Positions 1 to 6,782 of a stretch of 47,936 nucleotides of DNA are shown here, one piece after another. The notes under the pieces were generated by a model that had not been told where the DNA came from, did not search any database, and saw only the letters and a program-made list of their open reading frames with translations. Position 1 is the first letter of the stretch; every line of letters begins with the position of its first letter. Origin of the DNA: Ilumatobacteraceae bacterium. GTDB taxonomy: Bacteria > Actinomycetota > Acidimicrobiia > Acidimicrobiales > Ilumatobacteraceae. The stretch lies in the NCBI GenBank assembly GCA_046076025.1, contig JBJTRF010000104.1, positions 1 through 47,936 on the forward strand. Direction: 5' to 3'. The position numbers were made by a program, and so were the translations under genes.

Positions 1-1031
1 TCGATCGTGACATCCTCATCCGCGATGTGCGCGACGAGGCGGTAGGCCTCGTACCGCTGGAAGGCCTATTCGCCGATGAAGCCATCTCCGAAATCATGGT
101 GAATGGCACGGCACCAATTCACGTTGAGCGCGCGGGAAAAATCGAACAGACCATGCTTGCTTTTTCCAGTGACGAGGCCATTCGCTCAGTAATTGACCGG
201 ATCATCACACCCTTGGGTCGTCATGTGGATGAAGGCTCCCCGATGGTCGACGCCCGCCTCGCCGACGGCTCGCGGCTGTGCGTGGCCATCGAACCGATCG
301 CCGTCGACGGACCCTGCCTGGCCATCCGCCGCTTCGCGCCCCGGCAGATCCCGCTGCACCAGTTCGCCGACGCACCAGCAATCGCAGTGCTGCACGAGGC
401 CGTCGCCCAGCGGTGCAACATCGTGGTCAGCGGCGCCACGTCGTCGGGCAAGACCACCCTGCTCGCCGCGCTGGCCGCGGCAATCGAACCCACCTCCCGC
501 CTCGTCGTGCTCGAGGATGTCGCCGAACTGCGGCTCGAGCATCCGCACGTGGTGCGCCTCGAGACGCGCGATGCCACGCCCGACGGCGTCGGCGCGCTCG
601 GCCTCGACGCGCTGCTGCGCACCGCCCTGCGGCTGCGACCCGACCGGCTGGTGGTGGGCGAGATCCGCGGCACCGAGGCGGTGCACCTGCTGCATGCGCT
701 CAACACCGGGCACGACGGATCGATGTCCACCGTACACGCCAACAGCGCGCTCGATGCGCTGGCCCGGCTGGCATCGCTGGTGCTGCAGTCTGCGCCCAAC
801 TGGCCGCTTGCCGCCGTGCGCGAGCACGTCGCCCGGGCCATCGACATCGTCGTGCACGTCGAGCGCGGGCCTGATGGCCAGCGGCAGGTGGTGGACATCG
901 CCGAGGTGTGCCCGCCCGATGTCGAGCGCGGCGCAGTACTGGCCACCCGCCCGCTCGTCATGACGGGCGCCGATACCGGCGTCGACGACGGCATGGCGAT
1001 CACCCGACGGCGCCGGGTGGCACGCGCATGA
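1..1031 (+). CDS. cpaF: Tad/Flp pilus assembly ATPase (CpaF/TadA, VirB11-like secretion ATPase), 5' end cut by the window edge
   Basis: Frame 3 is open from nt 3, with no stop upstream of the GTG at 27. Motifs seen: 'EIMVNG', 'PMVDARLADGSRL', Walker A 'SGATSSGKTT', 'VGEIRG', 'GHDGSMSTVHAN'. It is followed by tadB/tadC/flp/tadE-like genes. Confidence 0.9.
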   Translation, partial: DRDILIRDVRDEAVGLVPLEGLFADEAISEIMVNGTAPIHVERAGKIEQTMLAFSSDEAIRSVIDRIITPLGRHVDEGSPMVDARLADGSRLCVAIEPIAVDGPCLAIRRFAPRQIPLHQFADAPAIAVLHEAVAQRCNIVVSGATSSGKTTLLAALAAAIEPTSRLVVLEDVAELRLEHPHVVRLETRDATPDGVGALGLDALLRTALRLRPDRLVVGEIRGTEAVHLLHALNTGHDGSMSTVHANSALDALARLASLVLQSAPNWPLAAVREHVARAIDIVVHVERGPDGQRQVVDIAEVCPPDVERGAVLATRPLVMTGADTGVDDGMAITRRRRVARA

Positions 1032-1678
1032 CCGTGGTCGCTGCGCTCGCAGCCGGCGCAGGCGTGCTCGTTGCCGGCGCATCGTGGCGCACCCAGCACA
1101 CGTCGCCGCGTGCGCCCAACCGGCCGTCGGACGGCACACGACCGCCATCGCGTCGAGCGCGACGGCGCGCGGCCATGCCCACCGCGCACGACTGGGCGGC
1201 GTTCCTCGATGCGCTCGCCACCGAGGTGCGCGCCGGCAGCGCCCTCGGCGTGGCGTGGCAGCAATCGCTGCGACGGCATGCAGTGCGCGGCAACGCCGTC
1301 TCGCCAGAACGTCCCCTCGACGCCACGCTCAGCCTGACGGCCGGCTCGGGCGACGAGGCCGTCGTGCTGCAGGTGACGGGCGCCGTCGCAGCACTGGGCG
1401 GCCCGATGGCGCTCACCATCGACGCCGGGGCAGCGCTGCTGCGCGAGCGCGCCGCCGCACGCGCCGATGCCGTGGCGCACGCCGCACAGGCGCGGCTGAG
1501 CGCGCGAGTGCTCACCGTGGTGCCGATCGGCTTCGCCGCGTGGAGTGCGCTCACCAGCGAGTCGTTCCGGGCCGGCATCGGCACGGCTGTGGGCGCAGCC
1601 AGCGTGGCCATCGGTGCGGTGCTGAATGCCGTCGGCTGGTCGTGGATGCGATCGCTCGTCGCCCGGGCGGCGCCGTGA
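1028..1678 (+). CDS. TadB-like pilus assembly membrane protein (T2SS F family)
   Basis: The ATG at 1028 overlaps the cpaF stop (ATGA), implying translational coupling. It has an N-terminal TM segment and C-terminal hydrophobic segments, and its position between cpaF and the tadC-like gene fits. The longer track ORF from 908 lies inside cpaF. Confidence 0.65.
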   Translation: MTVVAALAAGAGVLVAGASWRTQHTSPRAPNRPSDGTRPPSRRARRRAAMPTAHDWAAFLDALATEVRAGSALGVAWQQSLRRHAVRGNAVSPERPLDATLSLTAGSGDEAVVLQVTGAVAALGGPMALTIDAGAALLRERAAARADAVAHAAQARLSARVLTVVPIGFAAWSALTSESFRAGIGTAVGAASVAIGAVLNAVGWSWMRSLVARAAP

Positions 1679-2352
1679 GCGCGGCCGTCGCCAGCGGCGC
1701 CCTCGCCGCGATCACTATCGGCCTGCTGGGCGTCGCACTACAGCCGGCGCTCCGACGACGACTCGCATCGGATGGCGCAACCGACCCACCGCTCGCTGCG
1801 GGCATTCGCGCTGTCGGCACACGACCAGTCGACACCTCCGGCGGAGCAGGTTCGGCACGCATCGCGTCGAGGATCGCCGCCGGGCGGCGGCGACGGCAGG
1901 CTGCCAACCGGGCCGCCGCCGACCTGCCTGATGCGCTCGAGCTCATCGTCCTTGCGGTACGCGCCGGTCATCTGCCGGCAGCTGCAATCCGCGCCTCGCT
2001 CGCCCACCTGCCGCCCACGGTGCAACCCGCATTCGCCGAGGTAGTGGCGCAGGTCGACGGCGGGCGCCGCTTTGCCGATGCGATCGCCGTGCTCGCCGAG
2101 CGTCTCGGCGACGACGCACTGGTGCTGGTCGACTCGTTCGCCGCCGCCGACCGCTACGGGCTGCCGCTCGCTCCCGTGCTCGACCGGCTCGCGGCCGAGG
2201 CGCGCCAGCAGCGCGCCCGCCGCACCGCCACGCTCGCCCGGCAGCTGCCCATCCGCCTCGCTGCGCCGCTCGTGACGTGCACGCTCCCCTCGTTCATCCT
2301 CCTCGCGGTCGTGCCCCTGCTGCTCGCCGCCCTGTCGTCGCTTCGCTGGTGA
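1675..2352 (+). CDS. TadC-like pilus assembly membrane protein (T2SS F family)
   Basis: The GTG at 1675 overlaps the preceding stop (GTGA). A cytoplasmic helical domain ('LPDALELIVLAVRAGHLP', 'FADAIAVLAERLGDD') is flanked by TM segments, as in TadC/GspF-domain proteins. Confidence 0.7.
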   Translation: MSAAVASGALAAITIGLLGVALQPALRRRLASDGATDPPLAAGIRAVGTRPVDTSGGAGSARIASRIAAGRRRRQAANRAAADLPDALELIVLAVRAGHLPAAAIRASLAHLPPTVQPAFAEVVAQVDGGRRFADAIAVLAERLGDDALVLVDSFAAADRYGLPLAPVLDRLAAEARQQRARRTATLARQLPIRLAAPLVTCTLPSFILLAVVPLLLAALSSLRW

Positions 2353-2396
2353 GCACCAGCAGGCGGCCACAACCCGATCAGCACCAGGGAGTCGCC

Positions 2397-2690
2397 ATGA
2401 CACCGTCACCACTCGCCCACCACCTCGCTGCGCCACGACCGCTCGGCCGATGCCGGCGCATGCAGTCGCGCGTGCACGCCGCCATGCTCGCCGCCGCGCC
2501 GCCGAACCACCGACACTCGACTGGCGCGGCTCGCGATCGCGGCCAGGCCACCACCGAGTATGCGCTCGTGCTGCTCGGTGCGGCGCTGGTGGCACTGCTG
2601 CTGGTGGCGTGGGCCTCGAGCGGCGGATCGGCAGGCCGCATCGGCCGCCTGTTCGACCGCGTCATCGACTCGATCATCCAGAAGCTGTGA
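2397..2690 (+). CDS. Flp-type pilin-like protein (DUF4244-like)
   Basis: Contains 'G-QATTEYALVLLGAALVALLLVAW', which is the G/xxxxEY prepilin processing motif plus a hydrophobic helix. An AGGGAG Shine-Dalgarno lies at 2386-2391, 5 nt before the ATG at 2397. Internal Met codons 22 and 30 are alternative starts. Confidence 0.65.
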   Translation: MTPSPLAHHLAAPRPLGRCRRMQSRVHAAMLAAAPPNHRHSTGAARDRGQATTEYALVLLGAALVALLLVAWASSGGSAGRIGRLFDRVIDSIIQKL

Positions 2691-3160
2691 TCGCAACACG
2701 CCACGATCGCGGCCAGGCGGCGGTCGAGCTGGCGCTCGTACTGCCGCTGGTGTGCGCGCTGCTGATGGGCGTGGTGCAGGTAGGCCTCGTCATCCGCAGC
2801 CAGCTCGCCGTGCAGGTAGCCGCGCGCGCCGCAGCACGCGCCGCAGCCATCTCGGCCGATGCGAGCGCAGCGGCGGTCGACGGCGCACACGGCGCAGTGC
2901 GCCTGCGGCCGCTGGCGGTTGAGGTGGAACTCGCAACGCTGCGCGCCGGCGGCGGCAGCGACAGCCTCGACGAGCGCAGTAACGCTCGGCGCGACGACGA
3001 CACCAGCACCACCGCTGCGAACGGCCTGGGCGCAGCACGAATCGCCGTCGTGGTCGCCACGGTGCGCTACGTCGATCCCACCGACGTGCCGCTGATCGGC
3101 CTGTTCATCCCGGCCATCGAGCTGCGGGCCACGGTGACGATGGCGGTCGAGCCGCCGTGA
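2687..3160 (+). CDS. TadE-like pseudopilin/pilus assembly protein
   Basis: The GTG at 2687 overlaps the flp-like stop (GTGA). The N-terminus 'RGQAAVELALVLPLVCALLMGVVQVG' is the TadE-family motif. Confidence 0.75.
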   Translation: MIATRHDRGQAAVELALVLPLVCALLMGVVQVGLVIRSQLAVQVAARAAARAAAISADASAAAVDGAHGAVRLRPLAVEVELATLRAGGGSDSLDERSNARRDDDTSTTAANGLGAARIAVVVATVRYVDPTDVPLIGLFIPAIELRATVTMAVEPP

Positions 3161-3184
3161 CCGCCCGCCCTGCCACGGCGCCGA

Positions 3185-4243
3185 TCAGTCGGCTCGACGC
3201 GGCCGGCGTGCACCCCGTCGGTCGAGCGACTTCTCGCGCGCCCGCTGCTCGTCCTCGATCGCCGCCTCTTCCGCAACGAGCCGCTTCATGCTGTCGAGGC
3301 GCCGCACATCGAGCGCGCCAGCGGCCACCGCCTCGTTCACCGCGCAGCCCGGCTCGGTGTCGTGCTTGCAGTCGCGGAACCGGCAGTGATCCATCAGGTC
3401 GAACACGTCGGCGAAGGCGCGCTCGATGCCGTGGCCGCTGCTCCACAGGCTGACGGCGCGCACGCCCGGCGTGTCGATCAGCCATCCGCCGCCGCCGAGC
3501 GCCACCAGTTCGGCAGCCGTGGTGGTGTGACGGCCGCGCTGGTCGCCCTCGCGCACCACCGCCGTGGCCTGCCGCTGATGGCCCACGAGCGCGTTCACCA
3601 ACGTGCTCTTGCCCACGCCGCTGGCACCGAGCAGCGCGATCGTCCAGCCACCAGCGGCGAATGCCCGCAGTTGCTCGACGCCGCTGCCGTCGGCCCCGCT
3701 CGCAGCCAACACGTCCACACCCGGCGCCACGTCGGCAAGCGACGCCACCGATGCCGCCACCTCGCCCGCATCCACCAGATCCGACTTGGTGAGCACCACC
3801 ACCGGCCGGGCCCCGCTGTCCCACGCCAGCACCAGCTCGCGTTCGAGGCGGCGCTGGTTGGGCGGCGACGACAGCGAGTGCACCAGCATCACCACGTCGA
3901 TATTCGCCGCCAGCGTGTGCGACTCCGCCTTCATGCCATCGAACGAGGCGCGGCGCACGAAGGCGCTGTGGCGCCGCAGCACGGTGGCCACCCGCTCGCC
4001 GTCGTCGCTCAGCACGGCGAAATCGCCCACGGCGACATCGGCGCCGATGTTGCGAACCCGTGCCGTGGCACCCGTCACGTCGAGCAGCACGGTGCTCCAT
4101 CCACGGTCGAGGCGGCTCACCCGTCCCACCGGCAGCGGACTGCCGATCTCGCGCCAGTGACCGAGCGGCTCGGGAGGCCAGCCAAGTCCGAGGTCGACAG
4201 GAACTTCGATGGGGTCGAACGGTAGCGTTCGAACGGTCCGCAT
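3185..4243 (-). CDS. rsgA: Ribosome small-subunit-dependent GTPase A
   Basis: Circularly permuted GTPase order, with 'LTKSDL' (G4) before 'GASGVGKSTLVNAL' (G1). It also has 'DTPG' and the C-terminal zinc knuckle 'CRFRDCKHDTEPGCAV'. Confidence 0.9.
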   Translation of the reverse strand: MRTVRTLPFDPIEVPVDLGLGWPPEPLGHWREIGSPLPVGRVSRLDRGWSTVLLDVTGATARVRNIGADVAVGDFAVLSDDGERVATVLRRHSAFVRRASFDGMKAESHTLAANIDVVMLVHSLSSPPNQRRLERELVLAWDSGARPVVVLTKSDLVDAGEVAASVASLADVAPGVDVLAASGADGSGVEQLRAFAAGGWTIALLGASGVGKSTLVNALVGHQRQATAVVREGDQRGRHTTTAAELVALGGGGWLIDTPGVRAVSLWSSGHGIERAFADVFDLMDHCRFRDCKHDTEPGCAVNEAVAAGALDVRRLDSMKRLVAEEAAIEDEQRAREKSLDRRGARRPRRAD

Positions 4244-4278
4244 TCCCCCCCCCGACGCGGACGAACGGAGGACCGGGC

Positions 4279-6675
4279 ATGCTCGCCCGCTTGGCTCGAT
4301 TCAGTTTCCGCCGCCGCCGCCTGATGGTGTTCGGCATCTGGCTGCCCGTGATGCTGGGCCTCGGCGCCGCAGGCGGCTCGGTGGGCGACTACCGCACCGA
4401 GTTCTCGCTGCCCAACAGCGAGGCCAAGGAGGTCGTCGACCTGATGGCGTCGGCCGGCCTGCAGGAGTTCGGCGGCGACCGCGCCCAGATCGTGTTCACC
4501 GCCCCGCAGGGCACCCAAGACCCCGACGTGCGCGCCGCGATGGAGTCGCTGTTCGCCGAGGTCGATGCCATCGAGGGCATCGACGTGGTGAGCCCGTACG
4601 CCGAGGAGGGCGCCTTCTTCAACAGCGCCACTGCTCCCATCTCGTTCGCGCAGCTCGCCTACGAGGTGACCAGCCAGTCCGAGCAGCTTGCGCTCGCCGA
4701 TCGCATTCAGGGTCTCGGCACCGACATCGACGTGCCGGGCCTGCAGATCGAGTACGGCGGCCAGCTGTTCGCCGAGTTCGAGTTCCCGCCCAGCGAGGCA
4801 CTCGGCTTCCTCGCCGCCGTCATCATCCTGCTCGTCGCCTTCGGCTCGGTGCTCGCCATGGGCCTGCCGCTCGGCACCGCCGTGTTCGGCCTCATCAGCG
4901 GCATCGGCATCATCGGCCTCACGTCCACCGTGTTCCGCATGCCCGAGTTCGCCACGCAGATGGCCGCGATGATCGGCCTCGGCGTCGGCATCGACTACGC
5001 CCTCTTCATCGTGTCGCGCTATCGCGACAACCTGCACCGCGGCCTCGGCACCGAGGAGAGCGCCGTGAGCGCCGTCGACACCTCGGGTCGCGCCGTGCTG
5101 TTCGCCGGCGTCACGGTGATGATCTCGCTGCTCGGCCTGTTCGTGGTGGGCCTGTCGTTCGTGCGCGGCCTCGCCGTCGCCGGCGCCATCGCGGTGCTGT
5201 CGATGATGATCGCCTCCGTCACGCTGCTGCCGGCACTGCTGGGCTTCGCCGGCGAGCGCGTCGAGCGCACCACTCGCGCCGCCGCTGCGGGCGTCGTGGT
5301 GTGGGTGGCAGCCTCGGTCGTCGGCGTCATCAGCCACAACTGGGCGCTGCTCGGCGCTGCAGTCGGCCTCGGCGTGCTGGTGTGGCTCACCCGGTTCCTG
5401 CCGTTCTCCGGGCCGATGCGCGGACTGCTGCGCGAGCGCACGCCCAAGCCCCGCGAGCAGCAGTTCTGGTATCGCTGGAGCCGCTACGTGCAGCGCCGCC
5501 CGTGGCGCGCCTTCATCGGCGGCAGCGCCATCCTCGTCGTGCTCGCCCTGCCGCTGTTCGACATCCGCCTCGGCTTCGGCGACACCGGCAACCTCCCCGC
5601 CGACTACACCGCACGCCGCGCCTACGACCTGGTGTCCGACGGCTTCGGCCCCGGGTTCAATGCGCCGCTGCTCCTCGTCACCGACGACCCTGCCGCCGAC
5701 GAGGCCGGCATCGCCGCCGTCACCGAGGCCATCGCCGCCGACCCGGGCGTGGCACTGCCACCCGTGCCGCAGGCCCTGAACGACACCATCACCATCTGGA
5801 CGGTGTTCCCCACCTCGAGCGCCCAGGACGAGGCCACCACCGACCTCGTCAACCGACTGCGCAGCGACGTGCTGCCCACCACCGGACTCGACGTGAAGGT
5901 GGGCGGCTTCAACGCCGCCTCGGTCGACTTCTCCGGCTACCTCGCTGGACGCCTTCCCTATCTCATCGGCGGCGTGCTGGTGCTGAGCTTCCTCATCCTG
6001 ATGCTGGTGTTCCGCAGCGTGCTCGTGCCGCTGAAGGCCGTGGTGATGAACCTGCTGTCGGTGGGTGCGGCCTATGGCGTCATCGTCGCCATCTTCCAGT
6101 GGGGCTGGGGCCGCGAGCTCATCGGCGTCGGCAAGGCCGGCCCGGTCGAGGCGTGGGCGCCGATGATGCTGTTCGCCATCGTGTTCGGCCTGTCGATGGA
6201 CTACGAGGTCTTCCTGCTGTCGCGCATGAAGGAAGAGTTCGACCGCACCGGCGACAACGACAGCGCCGTCGCCGACGGCCTCGCCGTGACCGCCCGGGTG
6301 ATCACCGCCGCCGCCCTCATCATGGTGGCCGTGTTCTCGGCCTTCGTGCTCGGCTACGACCGACAGCTGAAGCTGTTCGGCCTCGGCATGGCCGTGGCGG
6401 TCTTCGTGGATGCCACCGTGGTGCGCATGGTGCTGGTGCCGGCCACGATGTCGCTGCTCGGCACCCGCAACTGGTGGCTCCCCGCCTGGATCGAGCGCTG
6501 GCTGCCGCACGTGAACGTCGAGGGCTCGCACGCCATCGACCTCGAACTCGCCACCATGGCCGCCGGCACCCCGGCCGCTGACGGCCCGGTTGCCGCCGAG
6601 CATGGCCCCGATGCCGTCAGTGACGCCGATGACGACAGCGACCCCGATCCCGACGACCGCCTGGTGCGAGCCTGA
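4279..6675 (+). CDS. MMPL family transporter (RND superfamily)
   Basis: Two-fold repeat architecture, each half having a large loop followed by a TM bundle. Duplicated signatures 'GIDYALFIVSRYRDNL' and 'GLSMDYEVFLLSRMKEEF' are present. The ATG at 4279 is preceded by GGAGGA at 4268-4273. Confidence 0.9.
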   Translation: MLARLARFSFRRRRLMVFGIWLPVMLGLGAAGGSVGDYRTEFSLPNSEAKEVVDLMASAGLQEFGGDRAQIVFTAPQGTQDPDVRAAMESLFAEVDAIEGIDVVSPYAEEGAFFNSATAPISFAQLAYEVTSQSEQLALADRIQGLGTDIDVPGLQIEYGGQLFAEFEFPPSEALGFLAAVIILLVAFGSVLAMGLPLGTAVFGLISGIGIIGLTSTVFRMPEFATQMAAMIGLGVGIDYALFIVSRYRDNLHRGLGTEESAVSAVDTSGRAVLFAGVTVMISLLGLFVVGLSFVRGLAVAGAIAVLSMMIASVTLLPALLGFAGERVERTTRAAAAGVVVWVAASVVGVISHNWALLGAAVGLGVLVWLTRFLPFSGPMRGLLRERTPKPREQQFWYRWSRYVQRRPWRAFIGGSAILVVLALPLFDIRLGFGDTGNLPADYTARRAYDLVSDGFGPGFNAPLLLVTDDPAADEAGIAAVTEAIAADPGVALPPVPQALNDTITIWTVFPTSSAQDEATTDLVNRLRSDVLPTTGLDVKVGGFNAASVDFSGYLAGRLPYLIGGVLVLSFLILMLVFRSVLVPLKAVVMNLLSVGAAYGVIVAIFQWGWGRELIGVGKAGPVEAWAPMMLFAIVFGLSMDYEVFLLSRMKEEFDRTGDNDSAVADGLAVTARVITAAALIMVAVFSAFVLGYDRQLKLFGLGMAVAVFVDATVVRMVLVPATMSLLGTRNWWLPAWIERWLPHVNVEGSHAIDLELATMAAGTPAADGPVAAEHGPDAVSDADDDSDPDPDDRLVRA

Positions 6676-6745
6676 GCCACCCGCCAAACCCTTGTGCTGC
6701 AAGGGTGACGAGCCGTTCAGCGGTTGTCCACAGCCGTGGGGCTGC

Positions 6746-6775
6746 TTGACAACGCCGCATCCCATCCCCTAGCGA
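6746..6775 (+). promoter_or_regulatory. Candidate topA promoter (TTGACA -35, 18-nt spacer, TAGCGA -10) placing the TSS at or next to the ATG
   Basis: TTGACA lies at 6746-6751 and TAGCGA at 6770-6775. The ATG at 6783 is 7 nt after the -10, and no Shine-Dalgarno lies in between. Confidence 0.35.
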
Positions 6776-6782
6776 TACGCCG

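Noticed and set aside
4236-4262. 6C-type sRNA, because of the C-rich hairpin loop.
   Set aside because: 6C RNAs have two C-rich loops in a roughly 60-80-nt structure. Only one loop is present here, and it is embedded between two start codons 35 nt apart.
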